NCBI GenBank assembly: GCA_965240325.2
Contig: OZ251235.1
Coordinates: forward strand, 868,001 to 932,000
Direction: 5' to 3'
Length of the DNA stretch: 64,000 bases
Origin: Rebecca billardiae RCC1528
Taxonomy: Eukaryota; Protista; Haptophyta
The notes beneath the pieces are model-generated. The model was given only the letters and a program-made list of their open reading frames with translations, was not told where the DNA came from and ran no database searches. Position numbers and translations under genes: made by a program. Shown here one piece after another: positions 11,698 through 22,700 of the stretch. Numbering within the stretch: position 1 is the stretch's first letter; every line of letters starts with the position of its first letter.

Positions 11698-12282
11698 TCA
11701 GCCTGCGTTGACGAGTGCGACTGGCGCACGGTCAGCCACCTGCACACGGTTGGCCACAGGGCAGTCTGCTATTGGAGTGATGACAATCGCAAAAGGCACG
11801 CGCCAGCAGTGTTGCACTAGCGAGAGCGACGCGCGTTGGTTGATCGCCACGGTGTGAATGACAGTCGATGGCAGGGAGTGAGAGGGACGCGCGTCGCGTT
11901 GGTCAAGCTCCTTGAGGCCGTTGAAGAGCACACGCCCGTCGTGCACGTTCGACTCCCGCGAATCGGGGCGCAGCAACACACGCTCACCCTGCTTCACGCA
12001 TGCACCTGCATGCGCTGCCGTCGCAATGTCATCGACTGCGCGCTTGACGGTCCCGGAGTCGAAGTGAGCACGGAGCAACGCCGATTCGATAGAAGTCGCG
12101 ACGGATTCTCGCCCGTCTCCGCGTAGACGGCGAGTAGCCCGAGGTGCACGCGCGTGTTGCACTGCGCGCGCATTCGGCAGCGTTTGTGCAGATTCCGGTC
12201 CACGGTTCAGGTCGTCGTTCGGCTTGATGATGTCGAGGAACACGGCGCTACCCCGGCAGAGATCGTCGTCGTTGAACGTCAC
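11698..12282 (-). pseudogene. Coding-like fragment of unknown identity inside the element
   Basis: 194-aa open frame with protein-like composition (FNDDDLCRGSAVFLDIIKP...). No recognisable motif. Confidence 0.25.
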
Positions 12283-12447
12283 TCTTCTGGCCTGGGATCA
12301 GCTAGGCCTGCTCAAGGGCACGCCGCGCACGCCGGCGGCGCGTGGGCGCCAGCGCCATCATCAGCGCGTGGGCGATCGCGGCAACAAACCTGAATCAAAG
12401 ATGCGCAAACGGCAACACAACTGACCCACACTACTGTACGCGACGGC

Positions 12448-12551
<104 letters not shown>

Positions 12552-12562
12552 CGCTTAGTTAT

Positions 12563-14136
12563 GGCCCGCGGTGCAGGGCGGAGCGCGTAGCGTGGAGCCC
12601 CGCCGGGGGCCCTCACTACGTTGTCAAAAAGATCTTTTGATCAAAGAAAAGGGGACGGGGGACGATTTTGAGGGCTGTTGGAGGGTGAGTTTTCGCTTTT
12701 TCGAGGGGTACATTGGCCCATTGCTTTGCATTAGCAAGACTCGATTGACGAAATAGCCGCGCCCGCTCCAATTCCGTATCTACGGACGGACGTGAGCCTG
12801 TGGACAGTGTGCATTTGTCAGTATATCTGGGTGAACGAATCTGCGATTTGTTGTAAATCTTCATACGACCATAATGTTGCCAAATAGGACGAGGACCCAA
12901 GCGCGTGCGATGGAGGTCCTGGGCTCCTGGCAAAAAGTCTCGTCAAGTACTCAACTTTACTAACGACGAACCTTTGCGCGCTGCCAAATTACTCAACTTT
13001 ACTAACGACGAACCTTTGCGCGCTGCCAAATGGGACGAGACCCAAGCGCAGTGATGCATGGAGGTCCTACCAAAAATCCGTCAAGTACTCAACTTTACTG
13101 ACGACGAACCTTTGCGCTCCCGGCGAGTATGATGCGTCGCATCCGATTACCGATTGGCCGAGTCTGAACTATGACGAACGGCACCCGGTATTGGATGGCG
13201 GCCCGAGGGCCGAGGCCGAACACAGCAGGTTTTTTACCCGGGCGCGGGCCCTGCCCGCGCGGGCGCGTTCGTCCTCGAGGAGGAGCGCGCAAGGGCGAGC
13301 CGAGTCCGGAGCACTACGCGTAAGCTCGTTCGTTGCTAGAGGAGGAGCGCGCCGCGAGCACGCAACGGATGCGCCCGGAGCTAGCGCGGCTGAAGGGCGA
13401 GCTCGAGCACGCGAGCTCGCTCCTCGTGACGTCGAGCGCGAGCTCCTCCTTAGCAACTCGGTCGACGGCGGCGTGGAGGTGCAGCAGCGTGAGGACAAGC
13501 AGGAGCAGTGACAGTCGTGGAACGCGCGCCGGTTCCCGTTCGGTCGCGCAGCCGGGCGCCCAGCTGACTCGGGCCGTGCATCGGAGCACGTGCGCGCGCA
13601 GGCGCTGGGCGCCGAGCTGGCCCGGAAGCGTGGCGCCGAGCTCGACGCGCTGCGCCGTGCGCGACGCGGCGACGGACGCGCTGGCTGGGCGCGCGCGGCG
13701 CCCTCGTCGCGACGCCCCGTGCAGCAGCTCGAGCAGCCAGCTGTGGAGTAGACGGCCGTCGACTCGAGGGCGCCACCGCGCCGGGTGAGTGAGCACGCAC
13801 GGGCTCAGCCTCGGTCCGCTGGCTGGCCGCCGCTGCTTCGAGGCCGACGCGGCGGAGGAGGCGGCGGGCGAGCACGCTGCACGGTGGCGCGGTGGAGCAG
13901 GCGCGCACGCGCGGCGGCAGGCGCGACCCGCCGCTCGCCTCGTTCCACCCCGAGCTCCGCGCTCGGTCTCGCCTCTCGGTGCGCGGCTGCGCAGCGCCGT
14001 GAGTGAGCGCACGGGCCCGGGGGGCGGGGCCGCAGCAGTGGCGCGCGCTCTCGCTCTGCCGGCACGAGGCGCAACGGAGGGTGCACCGCGGGCCTCTAAC
14101 TACGTTGGTTCTACGGAAGGACCGCGGAACGCGGTC
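12563..14136 (+). mobile_element. AT-flanked asymmetric-end (Helentron-like) element, family A copy 1
   Basis: AT|GGCCCGCGGTGCA at 12563. Inverted TGCACCGCGGGCC at 14082-14094, 25-nt spacer, hairpin GACCGCG-GAA-CGCGGTC at 14120-14136, then AT. Confidence 0.85.
12946..13117. repeat. Three copies of a ~40-bp unit (TACTCAACTTTACTAACGACGAACCTTTGCGC) inside copy A1
   Basis: Seen directly at ~12948, ~12990 and ~13087. Confidence 0.85.
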
Positions 14137-14493
14137 ATAATTATCGTCAGTCGGCACTTTGCGGCGCAGCCATAATATTAATACTCATATTCATATTCAT
14201 GGCCCGCGGTGCAGGGCGGAGCGCGTAGCGTGCAGCGGCCCTTAACTCTTAAGGGCTGTTGGAGGGTGATGAGTTTTCGCTTTTTCGAGGCGGGGTACAT
14301 TGGCCCATTGCTCTGCATTAGCAAGACGCATTGACGAAATAGGCGCGCCCGCCAATTCGCCATATGTCGATGGACGGGCGTGGGATCAGATACCCGGGGG
14401 TGAAACAAGTGAGTATTCCTGTCTTTCGTGTATGCTGGAGTACGAGTTTGCCGAGTGACGTTTGATTGTTTCGACTCAAAAACTTGTTATAAT

Positions 14494-14790
14494 AAGGATC
14501 CCAGCAAAACCGTTTAATTGGAGCTACGGGAGCTACGACCTAATGGAGATCGCCGTAAACGCTATTATCTCGTTTGGTTTTGATTCTTGCCGAAGCAGAG
14601 ATAACCGTGATCACTATCTATCTCCATTCGATCTTACGCGAAGGATCCCAGCAAAACCGTTAATTGGAGCTACGGGAGCTGGGACCGCTAATGGAGATCG
14701 CCGTAAACGCGCGCTATTATCTCGTCGTGTAGTTCTGATTATTGCCAAAACAAAGATAACCGTAATCGCTATCTATCTCCATTCGATCTT
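14494..14790. repeat. Diverged tandem duplication of ~146 bp inside copy A2
   Basis: AAGGATCCCAGCAAAACCG...CTATCTCCATTCGATCTTA occurs twice. Confidence 0.85.
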
Positions 14791-16444
14791 AATTTATGGG
14801 GGTACTCGATCAGGCTATTTGATTTTGAAGCGGTTGCTCAGGACTGGTGCTCGCACCGCAGACTTGGCGCGACGTGCCGCGTGGGCGGCGGAGGCGGCCG
14901 CCGCCGACGCCTCGCCCGGCGGCGGCGCGTGGCGTGGCACGCGGGTTCAGGCCAGGTGCCGCAGTGCATCCAGGACCGCCGCCGCGTCAGGACGGCGAGC
15001 GCACGGGCCGCGCCCGCCGCCGGGGCGTGCGGCCGCCAGTCAAACTCGGCGCGAACCGCGGCAGTGAAGATGATCAACACAGCGAAGAAGCAGGTGGTGA
15101 TCGAGGCGCTGGGCCTAGTGGGCCTGAACATGATGCTGCGCATCTTCTTGGGCCTGCCCGACGCGCACCCCACGCAGACGTCGCTTCTGGGCGAGTGGCA
15201 CTCGCGACCCGTGACTGTTCCCGGTCGACTCGCTCGCACTTCGCAGGCCGTGCTCACTCAAGCTGGTCTTCGTCTACTGTCCTCCGCGTCGCGACGATGG
15301 GCTCGACGGAGCCGCACAACCTGCAGCTGCTGCAAGATTCATTCACGCACCCTGCGCGTGCGCTGCCCCGAGACTCCGCGCCGCCGCCACCGCGCTGCGC
15401 GCCGCTCGCTGCCGCGGCGCGCAGGCCCGCTCCAGTCCGTGCCCGGCGGGCTCGCCGCGGAGCCGAGCGCGATGACGACCTCGACGTGTCAGTGGTCAGA
15501 GTCTGAGACGACTGACAAGTGACAGTCCCCGCCGCGCGCTGCGCGCGGCGCGCCGCGCGCTGCCGCGGCGCGCAGGCCCGCTTCAGTCCGACGCCGAGTG
15601 CCCGGGCGGGGCTCGCCGCGGAGCCGAGCGCGATCGGGCGACCTCGACGTGCATGTCTTGGTGCGCGGTGGCTCCGTTTTATTGATTTCTCCGACGTTGA
15701 CTGGCGCCCGCTCTCAGTGCCCGCTGTCCGGATCGGTCAATCATACTCTAACTAGCTCGGTTCTAGGCCGCGCCGCCGCAGCGCCTCGCCATTGGCTGAA
15801 CGGTTCAGCTCTCAGAGTCACTCGTAATGACAAAGAAACGGCACGGTCAGCAGCTGTGAAAGTTCTACGACGCGGTCAATCCGAATCACTAGCTTAGCAA
15901 CGGGCGCAGACGACTCACAACGATTGCCGGGTGTCAGGAGCCTGGTATTAGTGTTACTCGAGGGACTGGTCGCAACCGCCTCCGGGGCTGGCCGTCACCC
16001 CGCTGGCGCCGGGCGGCCCCCGGGGTCCGTCGCGGCGGACTAGCCGCGCAGCCATCATCCGGTCCGGGGCGTGCGGCCCCGGGCTGCCATCGGCATCGCC
16101 ATCGGCATCGGGCATCGCCATCGGCCCCGGCCGAGTTGCCGAGGCAAGCCGACGTGCCGCTGCGAGCCGGAGCCTCAGTGACTCTTGAGGCTTGACGTGG
16201 CATGGCCCATATGCGGCAGTAGCCGTTACTAATCGCCGGACTGGCCCGGTATCGCCATCGGCGATCCAGAGTCCTCGCTCGGCCCCCGGGCCGCAGCCCG
16301 GGCCCGGAGTGGGCGGCAACTGAGAGTGGCGGAGTAGTGGCACTGCTCACAGTCACAGGCGAACTGTTGCGATGGTTGGCACCGACGGTCAGCCTATAAT
16401 AATATTATTATTAGATGACAGACAGCGTCGTATGACGATACAAG

Positions 16445-18586
16445 GACCGCGTTCCGCGGTCCTTCCGTAGAACCAACGCAGTTAGGGGCCCGCGGTGCAC
16501 CCTCCGTCGGCTGCTCGGCTGCTCAATGTCGTATGAAGATTTATAATGGGCCAGGCCCAGTGGCAGTGGCAGTCTGCGAGAGACGCGTCGCAAGTTGGCA
16601 GTCCAGCTTGCCCGCCGCGTGCGCCGCGGCCGCGATCTCGTCGCCGTCCATGTCCTCGAACAGCTTGGCGGCGTTGGCGATGCGTCGGGACTTGGCGCGC
16701 TCGTCCGATTTGTTCATCGCACCCGCCGCCGCGGCGCCGCCCTCGTCCCGCTGCTTGCGCTTGCCGAGGCGGTTGGAGTTGCCGCGCATCGACCGCGAGC
16801 GCGCCGCGTGCGCGCATGCGCCGCCGCCCCGGTGCGCTCCGCTGCCAGCGCCTTGCGTACCTTACGGCGCCGAAAACGGATCCGGCGCTCAGCGTTGCGC
16901 AGCGCGCGTGTGTCCTGGTCGCACGCCTCGCACACGAGCAGCAGCGCCAGCGCCATCTGCGCGTCCTCGTCGACCTCGGCCGAGTGCAGCGTCACGGGCG
17001 CGCCGCCCGCGCGTGCCGCCATCTCCTCGCGCTGCAGCTGCTCTGCGATGGCGCGGTCGCTGCGCAGCTGCTCGGCCAGCGGGTCGGGCGCGGCGGAGCG
17101 CTGCTCGCGCAGGCGGAGCGCGGCGGCGGACGTACTCCTCCAGCGCGGCCTACTCGTCGTTCAGCGGCGCGCCGGGCCGGCAGCGCGCCCGTGATCGCCG
17201 ACCGTCCGACCGAGAGCCGCGCGCGGCCATGTGTGCGCGCAGCTCCGCCGTCTCCTCCTACGAGAGCATGCCTGCGCGGCGGCGGCGGCGGCGCGGCCGG
17301 GGTAGCGCATGCGCGAGGTGCGTCAACAGTCAGCGCCGTACGGCTGGTCGGCGCGCCACGTGCCCGTCGCGCGCGCACGCGCGCGCGCGCGCCGCGCACA
17401 GAGCAGCGACGCCGGCAGCTGCAGGTTGTGAGGGGCCGCCACGCTCATCGTCGCGACGCGGAAGACGATCTTGAGCACGTGGGAGAACGGGCCCGACGCG
17501 TCCTTGCGCTGCACGAAGATCAGCTTCATCGGTGGCACCACCGCCGCCATCAGCTGGCCCCTTGTGCACCAGCTTGGCCAGGACGCGGCGTGAGCGACCA
17601 CCTCCAGCGGCCAGGCGGAGTTGACCGCCTTGGCGACAGGGTCCACGCGCCACACTGTCTTGGTGCGCGAGTCCCACGCGCCCGGAAGCGACGCCTGCGT
17701 GGTCTGCGCGTCGGGCAGGTCGAGAAGATGCGCCTCACCATGATCAGGCTCAGCGCCTCGATCACCACCTGCTTCGCCGTGTCGATCATCTTGGCACGCC
17801 TTGCTCGCACACGGTCGCGTACTCGCGTACTCGTAGTGTCTTGCGCACGCAACTTGCCCACCACCTTGGTTAGCACGTGGCAGCGGCGGTCCTGGATGCG
17901 CTGATGCACCTGGCCCGAGAGCAGCGGGTTGTTGCAGCTCGGGCAGAACGCCCGCACCGCCATCTGCGGCGCCAGCACCTGCTCCTTCGCGTCGCGCAGT
18001 GTCGCAGTCGTCACGCCGCGGCCTGCGGTCCGCGCCGGTCCGCGCGTGCACGCGGTAGAGTTTCGCCCGGTGTCGTTTCAGAACGGCCCGATGTCGTGCG
18101 TCCCCAAGCGCATCAACGCGTTCCGCATGCCGAGCCGGTTCGCGTGCGCGTCCAGGAATCAGGATTTCTGATCTGTCTTGCGCGCCCGCGCCGCGTCGCC
18201 GGCGTTTGACTGCGGGTCGAGAGGTCCACTGGTCATCGACTCATCGATCGCGGGGAGCGATCGCCGGACCGCCCAGTCCGGAGTGGATCACTGTTGTCTG
18301 GTGCTGGGCGGAGTCCGGCCCCGGGCATTACCACAATGGCGCAGATTCGTTTACTGACAATGTGACGGCCGTCCAACGACATACGCGAAATGACCCGGGC
18401 GCGGCCTTTTAAGCTTGGGATGGACAGCATCCGTACCGTACCCCTCAAAAAATCGAAAACTCACCCTCCAACAACCCTAAAAATCGTCCCCCGTCCCCTT
18501 TTCTTTGATCAAAAGATCTTTTTGACAACGTAGTGAGGGCCCCCGGTGGGGCTCCACGCTACGCGCTCCGCCCTGCACCGCGGGCC
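16445..18586 (-). mobile_element. Family A copy 3, carrying degraded ORF fragments
   Basis: Hairpin at 16445-16461, sub-terminal repeat at 16487-16499, terminus ...CCGCGGGCC|AT at 18586. The outer flank of the hairpin is AG rather than AT. Confidence 0.8.
16541..18170 (-). pseudogene. Frameshifted, stop-containing gene fragments (cargo of A3; homologous to ~14950-15335 in A2)
   Basis: MIDTAKQVVIEALSL / LPDAQTTQASLPGAWDSR / RVATMSVAAPHNLQL match the A2 fragments MINTAKKQVVIEALGL / LPDAHPTQTSLLGEWHSR / RVATMGSTEPHNLQL. Confidence 0.55.
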
Positions 18587-19203
18587 ATAAATACGCATAC
18601 TCTTAGTAGTAGCAGCCGACAGAGACTAGAGCCAGTCGGCACCGCGGGCCCCTAACTACGTTGGTTCTACGAAAGGACCGCGGAACGCGGTCATATATAT
18701 ATTAATTATGGCGCACGCCCCCCCCCCCCCCGAAAGAAAGGTCTGAGCGTGAGCGAAAGCCGGGGGGGGGCGGCGCACGTGCTCCGCAAAATCAAAAAGA
18801 GGATGCGCGCAGGATTTTGGGGATTTTTGTAGGTTGATTCAGATGTGACCGAACCCCTAGTGGACGCATTTCGCTGCCAATGATTGCGTTTGTAGTGGAT
18901 GCTAATTTTAACGATAGTAACACTTAGGGGAATGCAGGGTGGAATAGCACATAACACCAGCCGTGTGTTCGAACATTCCGTCATAGTAAGATGCTTGAAT
19001 TGTAAGAGCCTGAAACAGCTCGCCAACCATAGAAAAGAGACGAGGTTCGGTCGGCTTTTGTGTCGCTTGAAGTAAAGTATTGCCGGCATCTGAAGTCATG
19101 AACCGTCACTTCTCAGTGGCGGATATCATCAGGTTGGCGCGATGTTCTAGGGCACGCGATCCGCATCGTTTCGCACGAACCCTCGCGGTCGACGAGATAT
19201 ATC

Positions 19204-19756
19204 TGTCAAAGTCCAAGGCAGCCATCGGCGCCATTCCCCAGCTCGAGACTTTAATTCCAAGGCGCTGAGCAATTTCAGCCGCCAAGCTACAGACTTTCAT
19301 CATGCAATTCAATCGGTTTCACCATTCAAGAGCAAGGCCAACAGCAGCCATTGTTCATGCAATTTACTACTCCAAAGATAAGGAGCATCGGCACACACAT
19401 GAGGTCTTCGGACTACACATCCAAGGGTCCAGGGATTCTTCACCACTTGGGAAGGTACCCTGAACTGGACCAGAGACTACCATGCAGTCATCAGAACTTT
19501 CTTTTCATTTCGAGGAGACGTCCCGATCATCACAGGAAGCTTTCGTGCAATGACGCGAAGGCAATCAACGGAATTCCGAGAGCATTCCGACCGAGGAAAG
19601 CAGGCACACGAAGATTCCAAAATCTTCGATGCCACTTCCATCAGCTTTCACCAGACTGAAACATCAGCCAACCTGAAACCACCGTCAGCAAGGGGGACGC
19701 CCCTTCGCCCCACGAAACACAGTAAGGACCGCACGACACGCGCGAAGCGCCAATCA
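19204..19756 (+). repeat. 5' LTR
   Basis: TGTCAAAG...CCAATCA; direct repeat of 26417-26969. Confidence 0.97.
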
Positions 19757-22700
19757 TGAGCTCACGGGTGCAAAACGTCGTCCGATCCTACGATCAGCGC
19801 AAGCGGACCCGCATCGATCGGCTCCGCCACCACGGGAGCCCCATGCTCCTCGACATTGACTTCGGCGACAACGCCGGATCGGCACGGAACGACACCGGCC
19901 GCAAGGAAGACATCGAGTTCCCATCCTCGCGATGGTACGACCAGGGCGGGAGCCCGCGTACCTTCTACGAGGACTGTCGCAGCTCCATCGAGAACCGCGA
20001 CCGCCACGACGGACACTACCCGCGTGGCGAGCAAGGCCCCAGTCGCCAAGGCAACGGCGGCGGCCGGCATCACGCACCGACCGAGTACAAGCACCACCGG
20101 CGGAGCGACGACAACCTCGTACCCTACGACGGGACGTGGTTCGCGGAGAGCACAAGGCCATCCAACTCCGCGCATGCGCACTGGCACCCGCCCCATTCGC
20201 GGGGCCACCGATACCATCCCTCGCATGACAGCGAGGCCGAGCGCGCCGCGCCGCGCACCGGCGCGCGCGCAACTGAACCCATGACGATCCCCAGCGCGCA
20301 GGAGCGATCGTCGGCGCACGACAAGTACCCAAACGGCCCGCGGCCCTCCGGCACGCTGGGCTGGGACTACAAGCAGCCCGTCGTGCTCCCTGAGCAATGG
20401 CGAGTGCCCCCGTCCTCGCAGAAGGACGACTCGCCGTCGTCGCAGTCGCTGCATCGCGACGCTACGACACAGACGGAATCCCCGGACTCGGCGTCGCCGA
20501 CTGCGACTGGACACGACCAGCATGGAGGCAGCAGCGTCGCAGCGCCGGAGGCGGACGCGATGGCGGGCGACATCCCGACCATCAGCGTCGTGACCGACTT
20601 CAAGGAGCCGCACAGCCACTACCCCTTCGACCCGGGCCAGATCACTGGCGAACAGCGGTCGGAGCCGTTCGAGGAGTTCGCGCCGCAGCTTGACGACCTC
20701 GCGCGCGGCTCGACCCCGCCGCCGGACGCGTTGAGCCTCAATGATGTCCTCAGCGTGCTCAAGGATGCGGCCATCGACATCAACGGACTCGTCTACCAGG
20801 ATCCGATGGACATCGGAGACGACATCTTCACCATTGGAGGTATGTGCAGCGACCCGACTGACCGGCCCCAATCCATCTTGTGCTGCAACAAGGCAGCATG
20901 GGAACACGCTGCGCGCGACAAGCATCGCATGTCCTCATACCTGTGCACTTACCCCCTCCTGGCTGTCAGCAGTTGGTATGGTGTAGGCGAGACCTTCGAT
21001 TGCATCATCCCGGAGATCCCGGCGCGCAAGAACATGGGCAACGGCATCTACTGCAGCCAGTGGAGTGAGATTGACGACGATGATCCGAAGTCGCGCCAGC
21101 CATGCGACAATCAGTCGTGCACATCGATGCATTGCACCCTCGAATGCATCATCTGTGGGATGGGCAGAGTCTGCAGCTACCGATGCGCAGACGCCATCCA
21201 AGTTCAGCATCAGCTCGAATGTGAGCAGATTATCCAGATTGCAGCTATGAACGACGGGATTGACATCGATGATGATGGCATTCACTTCCACCGGCAGGAC
21301 GGACCCGTCGCAGCGGCTGATCGCCGCAGCCTGAGCGTCGTGAACGACGCAGGCGCCAGCCTCGATGATATTTGCCCTTGGCGGCCATCCAAACGATGCA
21401 CTATCTACTCGGGAGGCTTCATCGCAGCAGCCGCAGAGCGGCAAGGTCACAACTACACAGTTGGAGACTATGTGCGGGAGAGGGACGAGCTTCACCAAAG
21501 CAAGTTCGATCTCATGTTCCATTGTAATGACGCACTCCTACAGCCAGGTGTCGCATGCTTCCTGCACAAAGAGTTCTATGGGCTGACTTCTGAAGCGAGC
21601 GAGGGACACTCGCCGGCTGACGACGGCCCACCTGGTGGTGTCACAACCTACCCACCTGCCACGACTGGTGACGACAACAGCGCACAGCAGAGCAGCGATG
21701 GGGACGAGTCTTCTACATCGTCGGACATGGGCAGCTATGCCACAGCAGAGGACCACATTGAGACAAGCTCGCTCGACGCGTCACCACGAACGCGCAGAAA
21801 TGGAGGCGAAGCTTGCATCACCTACTTGCCCGACGCACATGCAATGATGGCTGTGCAGACAAGCCAGCCCGGCGTCGGAAGCTACAAGCTGAATTTCTTC
21901 ACAATCAAATCGAAAATGGCTATCCACGGAGCGATCAAGGACGCAGTCACCGAGGTCAAGGCTTCCTTCAAGGGAAGAGCGACCGACACTACGTCGTCCA
22001 TGGTCACCCTCGTCGAGGCCAGGCTCTCCGGATACGAGCTGGCCGAGGCCGCCGTGTGGACAGCCGAAAATGCTATTCGGGAACCGTACGCAACCGCATT
22101 CGCAAACATGGACGCGGACACCACCATCATGCAGATGACGATCGTCTACGAGCGATCGGTGGAAGTACTTTTCAAGCGTATCAAGGACATGATGCTGCCG
22201 AGTCTCTTTTCGTACCTCGAGTCGAAACGGCACATCGTGAACCCGAATGAGAATTTCCTGAATTTACATACTCTGCTCGAAATCTTCGAGCACGAGCTGA
22301 ACGTATCGACCATGTCGGAGCTCCGAGCTGAGTTCAAGAAGCTCTACCCGGACCGACCGACCCCGGTGAGCGGCCCCGAGATGATCAAGCAAACGGTGGA
22401 GATGGTACGCGCATCACGCTATCGAGAGCTAGACGACGCCACACTCCTCGTTTTCAAGTTGTACAACGGGATGCACGAGCACCCAGAGGTATACTCGACC
22501 GTCATCTCTATTTACGGTTCAATGTCGCCCCAGCAATGCGTGGCGCAGACCGAACAGCTCACCGCCCAGATCGAGGACGCATACAGGCGTTGGACTCAGT
22601 CGCCCAAGGGACGACAGGCAACGCAACGTGACCCCAAGCGGGGCGGTCCCGCGCACGCTCTCAATACTGAGGAGGCGGACCGCCGACAACCAGCCGTCAC

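Larger units (their letters stand above)
14201..18692 (+). mobile_element. Family A copy 2, apparently containing copy A3 nested in the opposite orientation
   Basis: AT|GGCCCGCGGTGCA at 14201. 3' end GCACCGCGGGCC (18639-18650) + 25 nt + hairpin (18676-18692) + AT. Pairing of these two ends is inferred. Confidence 0.65.

Noticed and set aside
16541-18170. Cargo ORF as a degraded transposase or HUH nuclease
   Set aside because: No HUH/Y, helicase or DDE motif recognisable by eye; a profile search is needed.
18740-18760. Hammerhead ribozyme core (CTGA...GAAA)
   Set aside because: CTGAGCG lacks the CUGANGA consensus, and no stem I/III with a cleavage triplet could be built.
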